From: a virus
Lineage: Duplodnaviria; Caudoviricetes
DNA: 64,000 nucleotides
Reading direction: 5' to 3' (one strand)
Virus record (IMG/VR): IMGVR_UViG_3300042731_002921
Location: 1 to 64,000 of that record
Shown: positions 21,495-32,282 of the stretch, in pieces
Numbering within the stretch: position 1 is the stretch's first letter
Layout: every line of letters starts with the position of its first letter
Translations under genes and position numbers: made by a program
The notes under the pieces: model-generated
Seen by the model: only the letters and a program-made list of their open reading frames with translations
The model's database searches: none
What the model was told of the DNA's origin: nothing

Positions 21495-22954
21495 TTCTTG
21501 ATTATCACAATTAAATATTATATATTAAATTTTAACTTAACAAAGGCTGAAACATGAAGAGATGGAGTAAAAAGCTGAAAATATTAATAGAAGATAAAGA
21601 GGTTGATAAATTTTTAGAAGATATTACTAATGTATGTAAAAAATATAATTTTAGTATTTCTCATGAGGACTTACATGGAAGTTTTATCATCTGTGAATAT
21701 CACGAAGATAATACTAATTGGTTAATGAATGCGGATGTCTATGAAAAATAAACTAAAAACAAAAATAATCAGGTGGCATGATGCAAGACACATGGATTAT
21801 GTTTATATAGAAATGTGTAGCTTGTATTAAAATACAAAATAATGAAATTCAACAGATAGAATTTTATGATTTATTTATTTTAATGGTTGACACTGATGAT
21901 GAACTTATGTTAAAAGAACAAGAAGAATACGGATTCAATCCACATAAACTAATAAGTGAGGAGGAATTGGAATTTAAGTCCTGCAATGACGCAGAAATTT
22001 TAATTTGGGTTTGTTTGCAATAGGAGTATAGAATGAATAAAGAAGTTATTAAGATTGATCATTACGATGAAGAACAAAATGCGTACAAAGCAACTACTGA
22101 TAGGTATGTTTTGAATGGTGTAATTATTCTTGAAGTTAGAAATAATAATACAATGTCTGTAACTGGTGAATATTTAAAATTAGATTATATTGATTATAAA
22201 GTTGTTAAAGTTGTTCATGACCCAATTAATTTAATTACTGAATATACCATTGGTAATGATAACTAAACAAGGGGAATTATTATAATTCAATTTGTGTTTT
22301 AACGGGTGTTTATTTACAATAGGAGAGGATATGAAAAGATTTGCAGTTGGTTATATGAATTTCTTTGATAATGATTTGATTGTTGATGTTGTAGAGGCTG
22401 TTGATTGGTTTGAAGCTATTAAAAAACATAGATCACTACTACAAGAAGCTAATGAATGGTTCTCTGAAATTGAGTCTTTAAAACTTGAGGATGTAAAAGA
22501 CAAATTCTTTAATAACGAAGAATTAATTGATGTAAAAGAGATAATATAAGGAGAAAGCATGGATATCAAAGAGATAATGAAAATTAATGTTGATACGCTT
22601 AGACAAACACAATACGAAGCTCTTAAAAACCATGTTATTGATATACTTGATAAAATTAAATTCTTAATTAAAGATGATGACTTTAATACAATAGAGAAAT
22701 TTTTAGAGTATTCACCAGCATGTGATGGTTATGTGGAAGATAATAATTTTATTGACTTTAGTTATAATGATGAGTATCCTTTGGGTATTAAAGAAGTCAT
22801 AGAAGAATTAAAATCATTTTATAAGTAGGAGAATATATGAAAAGATTTGCTGTAGGCTATATGAACAGAGGACAGAATACTATAATATATAAAGATTGTA
22901 TTAAGAAAATTTGTACAACAATGAATGAAGATAATTAAAACAAGGAGAATTATT

Positions 22955-23638
22955 ATGAGTGAATTTACTATTAATGAAGACAGAACAAAAGGGATGATCA
23001 AGGACGTTGTTTTTGGATATGTAAAACTACAAGGAGGTGCTTTCAAATATCAGTCAACAACAGAGAGAGAATGGGCAGTTGATTGTATTGTTGATAAAAA
23101 TACTGCAAAGTCATATAAAAAAGTATTCCCAAAAAATGTGTATAAAGAGATTGATACCGATGAATTTGAAGATAAATATAGAATTAAACCACCTTTTCTT
23201 GATCAAGATGAACAATTCATTCTTAAGGTAAAAGCTAATGCTAACCTTAGAACTGATATACCAAAAGCTGGCCTTAGAGAAGGTGATGAAATCCCATATG
23301 GATGGAATACAAGACCAAAAGCTTTTGTACCTGTTGAAGGTGGTATCCAAGATATTACCATGGAAAAGCTTATTGCTAATGGTAGTAAAGGTGATGTTTC
23401 AATTAAGATTATTGAGAATTCATATGGTATTTTTCCACAACTTACTGGTATTCTTGTTACTGAGCTTATTGAATATGAACAAAATGTTAATGATTCTGAT
23501 TTCGGTGAGGTTATTGGCGGTTTGAATCCAGGTAATGGTAATATCAAGCAAGTTGCTACTGAGAATGAAGAAGTGGCTTCAAATCCTGGTATTAATGATT
23601 CACCAACGAATGATTACGGAGATGGGATACCATTTTAG
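22955..23638 (+). CDS. ssb: Single-stranded DNA-binding protein (T7 gp2.5-like)
   Basis: NGSKG...LTGILVTELIEYE core and an acidic tail ending in DGIPF. Confidence 0.7.
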   Translation: MSEFTINEDRTKGMIKDVVFGYVKLQGGAFKYQSTTEREWAVDCIVDKNTAKSYKKVFPKNVYKEIDTDEFEDKYRIKPPFLDQDEQFILKVKANANLRTDIPKAGLREGDEIPYGWNTRPKAFVPVEGGIQDITMEKLIANGSKGDVSIKIIENSYGIFPQLTGILVTELIEYEQNVNDSDFGEVIGGLNPGNGNIKQVATENEEVASNPGINDSPTNDYGDGIPF

Positions 23639-23664
23639 TAACTACTTGAAATAATTATTAACAA

Positions 23665-23697
23665 AGCGCACCTCTGAGTCTTAGATTCAAGTGCGCT
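23665..23697 (+). promoter_or_regulatory. Interrupted hairpin downstream of ssb (terminator or RNA processing site)
   Basis: AGCGCAC/GTGCGCT outer stem plus TGAGTC/GATTCA inner stem. Confidence 0.45.
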
Positions 23698-23969
23698 AAA
23701 AGGAGACACATTGCTAAAGACAACAATGGCAATCAAAACAATTAATGAGGCTATTAGTACTTGGGATAAACAAAGAATTAGATTTGAGAATGCTATTATT
23801 GTTCTTCAAGAGAAGATCAAAAGTAATGAAGAGCTAATTGAGAAGAAAAGAGAGAAAGTTGAGGATGAGATCAAGGGTATTGAGGATAGTAATATTACTT
23901 TAGCTGATTACATTACAAAAGCTGATAATTTTAAATCTAATATTGATAAGATGTTTAAAAAGGATTAGC

Positions 23970-24314
23970 ATGGGCAGGATAAAAAACGGATTAAAAATTG
24001 GTGGTATTGGTATTGGTGGGTTTGCAATCTTGCTTTCCGTGATCTTTGGTTGTGGATTATTCAGTTTTGGGTACTATAAATTCTTTGCTCCTAAGTATGC
24101 AAATGTTGAAAGAGAGGTGTTTGAAAATACTAAATCTTTTAATCACGGGAAAGTACAAGATCTTGTAAAGTATTATGAAGAGTACACAAAAGCAAGCATT
24201 GATGAAAAAGAAAGCATCAGGCAACTAATTTTAATGAATTTTGCTAATTTTGATTCAAATAAGATTACAAATTCAGCACTGAAATCATTTCTAATCTCTC
24301 AGAGAGGATACTAA
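23970..24314 (+). CDS. Hypothetical membrane-anchored protein
   Basis: N-terminal hydrophobic helix; RBS; coupled to its neighbours. Confidence 0.6.
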   Translation: MGRIKNGLKIGGIGIGGFAILLSVIFGCGLFSFGYYKFFAPKYANVEREVFENTKSFNHGKVQDLVKYYEEYTKASIDEKESIRQLILMNFANFDSNKITNSALKSFLISQRGY

Positions 24315-24324
24315 GGAGTTTACT

Positions 24325-24864
24325 ATGAAAAAAATTATAACAATTACTTTGGTTAGTCTGATAATGTACTCTACAGCTTATGCATGGGGTACTAAGAAAG
24401 AAAGCTCTGATCTACAGCAATCAAGACAAACAAGAACGCTTCTAAATGAAGCTAATAGGCAAGTTGGACTCCCTAATATTCATAATTTTCAGGAAAGAAA
24501 ACTTATGAAACTCATCTTTGAATTAAGAGATAAGGAGAATGTAATTACATATGCGTATTTGAAATCTGATTATACAGGGAAACTTGTTTTTATTGGTAAG
24601 TGCATTGGTTATGGGATTCCAGTCTCTGCACAGTTTACTAACCCTCAGAGGGTGGTTGATTTTGAAGAAGAGGGTGGTGTGAAGCCAAAATATCAAGATA
24701 CAGGTGAAGTACAGGTTATCCCACAAGCTGATCCAAATGGTCTTTTCATGCCAACAAGTTCAAGTGCTACATGGCTTATGATGATTAATCCTAAAACTAA
24801 TAAACCAAGACCTGTTTACATTGAACCTGAAATTATCGTGAGTCCTTTTGAATTAGTTTATTAG
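24325..24864 (+). CDS. Hypothetical exported protein with signal peptide
   Basis: MKKIITITL... signal-like N-terminus; GYGIP..QFTNP and QADPNGLF motifs I recognise as recurrent in phage proteins. Confidence 0.6.
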   Translation: MKKIITITLVSLIMYSTAYAWGTKKESSDLQQSRQTRTLLNEANRQVGLPNIHNFQERKLMKLIFELRDKENVITYAYLKSDYTGKLVFIGKCIGYGIPVSAQFTNPQRVVDFEEEGGVKPKYQDTGEVQVIPQADPNGLFMPTSSSATWLMMINPKTNKPRPVYIEPEIIVSPFELVY

Positions 24865-24878
24865 AATACAAAAAATCA

Positions 24879-24931
24879 TTGACAGTAAGACAAACCTCCT
24901 GTATAGTTACTCTAAATTATACAGGAGGTTT
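24879..24931 (+). promoter_or_regulatory. sigma70 promoter overlapping a 14-bp perfect inverted repeat (terminator and RBS sequester)
   Basis: TTGACA(24879)-N17-TATAGT; AAACCTCCTGTATA (24892-24905) pairs with TATACAGGAGGTTT (24918-24931). Confidence 0.8.
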
Positions 24932-24936
24932 TTATT

Positions 24937-25335
24937 ATGAAAATACAGTGTCCGATATGCGGTAAATCAGTTAAAGAAGAAGGTTTAGAAGAACACCAAG
25001 CTAATAGCAAAAGATGTTGGAGAGCTAAATATGCTCCACTATTAGATTTACCAGGATCTACAATGGAAATTATTTGTTTATGTGGATGTGGTAGAAAGAA
25101 AACAATTAGAAAAGCTGATTTCAAAAGAGGATGGGGTATGTTCTTCTCAAAGTCTTGTAAAGCTAAATACCAAGAAAGATGCACTGGACAATATAGAGCT
25201 TATTCTAATGGTAATGGTGTATCTCATGCTGCCAAGCGTAGAGGAGAAAATTGTAGTGGTTTATCAAATCAAAAATTTGATAAGATATTTGAAGATATAG
25301 ATCCAGGTTGGGACGCTCATAAGGATTGCTTTTGA
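24937..25335 (+). CDS. Cys-rich Zn-binding hypothetical protein
   Basis: CPICG...H...C and CLCGCG motifs. Confidence 0.6.
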   Translation: MKIQCPICGKSVKEEGLEEHQANSKRCWRAKYAPLLDLPGSTMEIICLCGCGRKKTIRKADFKRGWGMFFSKSCKAKYQERCTGQYRAYSNGNGVSHAAKRRGENCSGLSNQKFDKIFEDIDPGWDAHKDCF

Positions 25336-25558
25336 TATGAGAGATTTTTATAATTTAGAATGTTGTACTAAAAAAGAAAGTTATAAACGGAGAACATTTA
25401 GTAAGAAATTACTCAGAGAGAACAATATAAAATTCTCTGAGATATCTACGGGTTTTGGTTTTAGAAATGATAAAGAATTTTGTGAAAAATATAAAGATAA
25501 ATTAAAATTTAGATTATATAACAACAAAAAAAAAAATAATTTTTAATTAGGAGTTATT

Positions 25559-26083
25559 ATGAACATATTTCTAACACATAAAGACATGAGTATAGTTGCA
25601 CAACATCACGACGATAAACGTCTGAATAAGATGATTATAGAAGCAGCACAGATAGCTTCTACTGCTCTTTGGATTAATAATTGTGATATCGCAGAAACTA
25701 TGTACGCAGAAGGTAAAATCTATCTCCCTACGCATGAGAATCATCCTATTGTTAAATGGTGCTCTTTAGGTTATATGAATTATTGTAGAACTACAGCGTA
25801 TGGGTTAGCTTTATGTTCCGAATATTATTATAGATTTAATAAAAGACACAACACTTTTACGAAGTTATTATCCCTTGTTAAATTACCAATATGGGAATAT
25901 CCATCACAGAGGTTAAATATACAGCAACCCAACTGCACCACTAATCACAAACACATAGAAAATGTCTATGAAGCATATAGACAAGAATTATGTCTTAAAT
26001 GGAGTACTCTTGATAAACATGAACCCAAGTGGACTAAAAGGGATGTTCCTGTGTTTTATAAAGAATATTTAAAAAGGAGATAG
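25559..26083 (+). CDS. Pyrimidine-dimer DNA glycosylase (DenV-like) family protein
   Basis: MNIF...AQ.H.DK...KMIIEAAQ..STA...THENHP..W signature. Confidence 0.75.
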   Translation: MNIFLTHKDMSIVAQHHDDKRLNKMIIEAAQIASTALWINNCDIAETMYAEGKIYLPTHENHPIVKWCSLGYMNYCRTTAYGLALCSEYYYRFNKRHNTFTKLLSLVKLPIWEYPSQRLNIQQPNCTTNHKHIENVYEAYRQELCLKWSTLDKHEPKWTKRDVPVFYKEYLKRR

Positions 26084-28809
26084 TATGAAAACATATACAA
26101 GAGTAATAGTAGAAGAGAATGAAGATATTCCAGAATCAGAAGTCTTCAAGATGTTTGTAAAAGAGATCAATCACTGGCATCAGACTAATGAAATTGATTT
26201 TATGATTACTTCGGATACACCAGGATACATTACAAGATTCTCGTCAATGAACACAGGGGATATAGGCCATAACAATCTACAGGTTATTAGAGATGCTGCA
26301 TGTCTTGAAGTTAATGAGTTTTGGGATAAGTACGAAGATAAATTAAAAGGTAAATGGCACAACAATAAACGTATTATTTTATATTAATTAACTCTTGTTT
26401 TTATGTTAAAATTATGGTACTTCTTATTTAGAAATTAAGATTAAAAGGAGATAATATGAAAAAGAAACCAGAGAAAACAGATTTAGAAATTTGCAGAGAT
26501 AAAATCAAAAGTATCTTAATTGAGTATAATTGTAGACTTACGACTAATGACTGGCATTATGTTTTATTAGAAGATCAAGATACTTATGAAACTATTGGTG
26601 ATATAGATCCTGGGAGGTGATATGAAAGTTGACTGGTTAAAATACGATGATAAATAACACGTTATAGCTTGGTTCCTTCTTGAAGCAATGACAGAGGTAG
26701 GTATTGAGAAATTCGGTGAATTTGATAGTTCTGCTCTTGAAGTAAAGTTCACAGTTAATGATATTAAAATACCTTTTATTAAAGTATTTGAATTTTTAGA
26801 CGATCATGTAAATGATAAAGAAGGTAGACTGTTTGAAGAAGGTAGATTAAAAGCTAAACGTGAAATTTGTGATGAAATTGAGCAGCTTCAAGAGTCTGTT
26901 GCATCTTTAAGCAATCTTCTTAAAAACATTAACGTTTATGAATTAAGGAATGAATAAAATGGAAAATCAAGCGGTTAATTTAAATAAATGTAAATCAGGG
27001 AATAACATAAAAACATTTGAACAAGTTTATGATGAGATTGAAAAATGTGTAAAAAATCTTGAGGTAGAATATGAAGTTGAAGAAGATGGGATAGGTACAT
27101 ATGAGTTCTGGGGAAGCCGTGAGGTGGACTATGGATCTAAATGGATAGAACCAAAAGAATCAGTAATAACGGTTATTGGTGTTGATATTAAAACAGCCAA
27201 TGAGGTTATTAAGTACTCAGATGATAATTATTTTGTGAAATATATAGCAGAGGACAGATTCATTGGAGAAGTGGTTAGTTGTGTTTTCACTGACACTACT
27301 ACTGTTGATTTTTATATCCACTGGGAGGAGAGGAGTGAATTCTAAAGAAATAACAGTTCTTTTGCCTATAAATGTTCCTAACTCTGAATGGTGTATAAAT
27401 ATAAACTTTCATAGCTGGTGCCAATACTATGAAGATGGTTGCTGTAAATTAGGTTTTACCCCAGAAGCAGACGGTTATAATTATAGAAAACCAAACGCCT
27501 GTAAGAAATTAATATGGCAAGAAAACATAATAGAACACAAAATTCTTGACAAAAATATTCTTGTATAGTAACTAAAAAGGAGATAAATATGGAATATAAA
27601 ACAAATAAGATTTACAGAGTTAAGTGTAAAGTAAGTTATACTTTTAATGTGAAAGCTGATGATATATTAGAGTGCATGTACAAAGAGTTTAAAGATAGCA
27701 AAGAGTTCTGTTGGCATACTAATCAACGCAATGATAATTTTGGTTATGCATGGACAAATGAGGGGTTTAAGTATCATTTCACAGAACCACAAGAAGTTAA
27801 AAGCAATGTAAATAGTGATTATTCATTTAAAACAGATAAGATGAATTTGAATCTTCTTTGTGCGGATATTTTAGAAGATGGTGTACCTTGCGCTTACATT
27901 GAGCAAGGTGATAATGCTTACTTTGTTGGTGTTAGTAATCCAGCAATTAAATGGTGGGATACTTTTATCGATAAAGGATTGTATATCACTTATGCAGATA
28001 TTGTTTCTGCATACCAAGTTATTGAAGTGGAAAAATTGGAAGAATCGAAAAATCTTGCGCAGGAACTTTCTAAAAGATACAAGAAATGGCATAAGAATCT
28101 CAGAAGAAAGACTTGTAGGAGATCAAGAACCCTGAAGAAAACTAAAACTTTTAATGTTTGGGCTTATTAGGAGAAGTAAATGATAAAGAAAGAAATAGGT
28201 ATTGTACTTTGTTACTGCTTTGCGGTATGTTGTGTGTTTTCTACTGCTTTTATAATGTATAAGCATACGCAGACTATTAAGATACATAATGAATGTATTG
28301 AACAACTTACGCAACAGGTAATGGAATTAGAGGAATTCAAAAAGAATCAAGGGGTTGTAAATAATAATACATTGCTCGTCTTTAAAAGAGTTGTTGAGAC
28401 AATAGGAGCTATTAATAGGAGATAGGTATGCTAAAATTACAAGATTTCAGAGATGTAGGTTATTCAGTAACTAAATGTGCTATTACAGCAAGAATGGAAG
28501 CAGATACATACAAATGGTTGATACAAAAACCAGTTTATGGAGAATCTGATAAAAAATATTTCATTAATGTATTTGTCTGTGATATTAGACTTTGGGATAT
28601 TTATGATAAAGATAGAATGAATTATATGCCAAGTAGAACTTTAACTATTAAACAATGCTATCAAAAAGATGATTTAACTTTCTGGATTGATATTTGTAAA
28701 AATAAAGAATTTCAAAGTATAGAAGAGATTGAACTTATTTGTGAGGAATTCTTCCAGAATATGTGCTGTAATTATTATGATTAAATCATTAAAATTGGCT
28801 TAAAAATCA

Positions 28810-28841
28810 AGGTATATGATTAGTTAATACTATCATATACC
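28810..28841. repeat. Imperfect palindrome preceding repeat array 1
   Basis: AGGTATATGATTAG/CTATCATATACCT arms with a 6-nt loop. Confidence 0.7.
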
Positions 28842-28888
28842 TCTTCACTTAAATCGCGAAATTTGATATAAAATGAATGGAGCAGCAT

Positions 28889-29021
28889 CTTATTTTTATT
28901 CTTATTTTCTGTAGAGTGTACAGCCTTTTATTTTTATTCTTATTTTCTGTAGAGTGTACAGCCTTTTATTTTTATTCTTATTTTTTGATATGGAGCATCT
29001 TATTTTTTGTCTTATTTTCTG
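28889..29021 (+). repeat. Array of four ~22-bp TTATTTT(T)ATTCTTATTTTCTG units with 12-16-bp linkers
   Basis: Units read directly; the linker TAGAGTGTACAGCC is duplicated exactly. Confidence 0.9.
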
Positions 29022-29142
29022 TAGCGCATAACTGGATTTATTATGCAGAATTTTTTATAAATTAATAATTGCTTATTTAAATAAATTATTATTTGCTAAT
29101 CTAAAAACTTCAAACAGAATAAAAAACTGATTCCACATACTC

Positions 29143-29159
29143 CAGGCACGTTCCTTGCA
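29143..29159 (+). promoter_or_regulatory. sigma54-type -24/-12 motif
   Basis: CAGGCACGTTCCTTGCA: GG-N10-GC with CACG and TTGC. Confidence 0.55.
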
Positions 29160-29387
29160 ATCCTTATTATAAGCAAAAACCACTTCCATAGCCACAGTCA
29201 ATCCCTGACCGTTAACGGACATTCATTAAATACCACCTAATAACCCACTAAGCAAATTAAAAATATAGATAAGAGCTTGAAATAATTGACAAATTTTTAA
29301 ATTTTTTCATATGCCTGGTATTTAGTTGTTGGATTATCTAATAAAATCAGCTATATAAAATAATATGAAAAATACTAAAAAATCATT

Positions 29388-29416
29388 TGACATACTGATT
29401 TCAGAAGTGTATAAAT
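29388..29416 (+). promoter_or_regulatory. sigma70 promoter of the ParB-like gene
   Basis: TTGACA-N17-TATAAA followed by the AGGAGG RBS. Confidence 0.7.
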
Positions 29417-29445
29417 AACCAGAATTAACAAAGGAGGAGTAAAAA

Positions 29446-30276
29446 ATGGCACATGCAATGTCAAAAGTTGAAGGTTATGTAAGTAGGAAAGATTTATTTT
29501 ATGTAAATCCAAGATCAATTGTTGTTGTTGACGGTTTCAATCCAAGGACTGATTTTAGTGGCGAAGAAGAGCTTATTCAATCAATTATCAACGTTGGAGT
29601 TCTTGAAGCGTTAGAAGTTAGAAAAAATAAAGAAAACATCCTTGAACTGGTAGACGGAGAAAGAAGACTACGCGCAACACTCAAAGCAATAGAGCAAGGG
29701 AATGATATAGTTTCTGTTCCTTGCTATCTTGTAAAGCAGAATACAAATGAGATTGACCTATTAGTAAGGGCATTGACAAGAAACACTGGTAAACCCTTAA
29801 CACCTGTTGAGGAGGCAAATTCCTTTCAGAAGCTTATTAATTGGGGTTGGAATGTTGAGAAAGTAGCAAGTTTCATTGGTAGATCAATCCCTTATGTTTA
29901 CAAGCGTCTGGAACTTTGTGCTGCAAGTCCAGAACTTGAGAAAGCAATCAACCAAAAAGAGATTACTCTTAATGAAGCTCGCAAGGTAATCAACAACTCA
30001 GACGGTAAAATTGAAGTCCAGGAAGAACAGATCAAAGAGATTAAGCAGCAAAAAGAAGAAAAAGCATTTGAAAAAGAAGCAATAAAAGAAAAAGTTTACT
30101 GTGAAAGAGTCTTGGATTATATAAAATATAAAAAGGATCTTTCTACGCTTCATAGGAAGTTGCAGGCAGCATTCAAAATCAAAGGGGAATCTATGGATTA
30201 CGCCACTATTTCGGATGAATGCATGAATATGATCAGTCTTTTAGAAGAAATTGCAAATTATCAGGATGGGGTATAA
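29446..30276 (+). CDS. ParB/Srx N-terminal domain protein with HTH
   Basis: NPR..F...L..SI...GVL..L.V...LVDGERRLRA; EEA..FQKL..WG....VA..IGRS..YV. Confidence 0.9.
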   Translation: MAHAMSKVEGYVSRKDLFYVNPRSIVVVDGFNPRTDFSGEEELIQSIINVGVLEALEVRKNKENILELVDGERRLRATLKAIEQGNDIVSVPCYLVKQNTNEIDLLVRALTRNTGKPLTPVEEANSFQKLINWGWNVEKVASFIGRSIPYVYKRLELCAASPELEKAINQKEITLNEARKVINNSDGKIEVQEEQIKEIKQQKEEKAFEKEAIKEKVYCERVLDYIKYKKDLSTLHRKLQAAFKIKGESMDYATISDECMNMISLLEEIANYQDGV

Positions 30277-30922
30277 ATGAAAGTATATCAAAGGATAGCA
30301 CAGCTTATTGAGACTATTAAGGACTGTGAAAAAAATGGAAATAAAAAGTGGTATGAGAGTAATAGTAGAGATTTAAGAGATCTTGAGAATGAGTATTTAC
30401 CACATGGTAATGGTTTTGATAAAAATATAAATGTACACTCAGGAAATTCTAAAAAGTTTATTATTCGTTTTGACTGGCATTGTAAAGCAGATTTGAAAGT
30501 CATAAATGGGAAGATTGCATATAATGGGTGGCTAACGATAGATTGTGAAGTCTCGGCGGATTTAATAAGTGGTTTTAATATTAAACTATCATATTTCAAG
30601 AATGAGTTGCAAAATGATAAAGCCAAAGTCCAAAAGTATAAGCCGTTGATTAATGATTTTCTTTACAACGAATTTAACCATGTTTTAAATCAGGATGTTG
30701 AATAATGAAAAATAGAATAAATAGTTCTTATAAAGTGGTTATGGTAGCGGGTATACTTTCTAAAATTTTTCAATCATCCGTATTTTTAATAACTTGTACG
30801 GTGTTTTGGTACGCAGTATGTAGATGGTTTTTAATCTGAAAAATCTTAAAAATTCACTTGACATCGTAGAATATAAAATATATAAATAAAGAAACTTAAC
30901 CGAAAACACAGGAGAAAACAGA

Positions 30923-31282
30923 ATGGAAAACTTAATCAACAAAATTAAAGATGAAGTAAAAGCAGCACTAATTGAATACATTGAAGATAACTGCGACGCG
31001 ATTGACCAAGAAAAGTTAACTGATGATATGATTAATGAAACATCTTTTAATAATGATCTACCATCCTGGTATGAATCCCCCGCTGAAATGATGAAGGAAA
31101 ACGACAATACTATGTATCGTGAAACAATGAACAACTATATTGACGGCTTATTACGAGATAATCAATACATCTTGATTAACGATGAATTATACAATTCTCA
31201 TGATGTTGAGAACGCTCAGTTTGATTTTTATTCCGAATTATCGGATGAACTTGAATGCTTTATTAATGATATAGAATTTTAA
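30923..31282 (+). CDS. Highly acidic small early protein
   Basis: Has its own TTGACA promoter and RBS; roughly a quarter of residues are D/E. Confidence 0.6.
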   Translation: MENLINKIKDEVKAALIEYIEDNCDAIDQEKLTDDMINETSFNNDLPSWYESPAEMMKENDNTMYRETMNNYIDGLLRDNQYILINDELYNSHDVENAQFDFYSELSDELECFINDIEF

Positions 31283-31288
31283 GGATGG

Positions 31289-31555
31289 TTGGAAATGCAA
31301 GATAAATTGGACGTTATAAAAATGGTGTCAAAATATAGCAGGTTTTTTGGGATAACATTTATAAAAAGTGATGGATCTCTAAGAAAAATGAATTGTAAAC
31401 TCGGCGTAACGAAATATCTCAAAGGTGGTAAAAACACAGTGGCACATAAACCAGAGTTATTGACGGTTTATAGCAGGAACGATAAAAACTACAGAAATGT
31501 AAATATTTTAACAACTATAGAGATTAGAGGTTGTAAACAAACATTTAAATTTTAG
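31289..31555 (+). CDS. SH3 beta-barrel (DUF2693/WYL_2-like) phage protein
   Basis: FFGITFIKSDGSLRKMNCKLGV...YR.VN motif. Confidence 0.65.
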   Translation: MEMQDKLDVIKMVSKYSRFFGITFIKSDGSLRKMNCKLGVTKYLKGGKNTVAHKPELLTVYSRNDKNYRNVNILTTIEIRGCKQTFKF

Positions 31556-31766
31556 AGGTCAAATATGAAATTCTATACAGTAAGAGAAGACATAAGAACC
31601 AAGAGAGCAAAGAAAACCCCAAAAACTTCGGTTGAGCTTTGGACAAAACGTAAAAAATCTTAAAATTTACTTGACAATAAATAACGGGTCTGGTACTCAT
31701 AATATCAGTTGGTAAGTACCGGACCCAAAGAACAACTTAAAATATTTAAACAAAGGACTAAACAAA

Positions 31767-32273
31767 ATGGAAGACTATATCAAACAAGCTAACGATTTTC
31801 TGGAAAAGACAAAAACCGGACTTAAAATTTCCATTGTTCATACTGGTAATTTTTTTGGGGAAAATGATATAAGGGATATCTATAGTTGTACTTTGACAAG
31901 GGGGTTAAAATCATACACTTTTAACTTTGGCCAAAGTATGGCTTACTCTATTCATTACCAGGATAAATGCACAAAAGAGATTTATATGTGCGATGGTACA
32001 AGGGTTGATCATAAGAAAAAGCGTACACGTAATTTTTTAATATCTTGTTGTTATGAATTAAGGGACAGAAGAAAAGCACCCACAAGTTATGATATCCTTT
32101 CTTGCCTTGAAAAATATGATCCTGAATCTTTTAATGATTTCTGTGATAATTACGGGTATGATAATGATAGTATCTCAGCACATAAGATTTATGAATCAGT
32201 AAAGGATCAATATCAAAATCTTTGTGTATTGTTTAATGATGAAGAAATGGATATGCTTGCTGAGATTCAATAA
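31767..32273 (+). CDS. Hypothetical early protein
   Basis: RBS; PTSYDILSCL...FCDNYGYDNDS motif I recognise as recurrent in phage early regions. Confidence 0.6.
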   Translation: MEDYIKQANDFLEKTKTGLKISIVHTGNFFGENDIRDIYSCTLTRGLKSYTFNFGQSMAYSIHYQDKCTKEIYMCDGTRVDHKKKRTRNFLISCCYELRDRRKAPTSYDILSCLEKYDPESFNDFCDNYGYDNDSISAHKIYESVKDQYQNLCVLFNDEEMDMLAEIQ

Positions 32274-32282
32274 GGAGTTAAC

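Noticed and set aside
28889-29021. Possible mini-CRISPR or TIGR-like array
   Set aside because: Linkers are only 12-16 bp, two are identical, repeats are simple T-tracts, and no Cas or Nop-domain gene was recognised; kept as a protein-binding or bending array.
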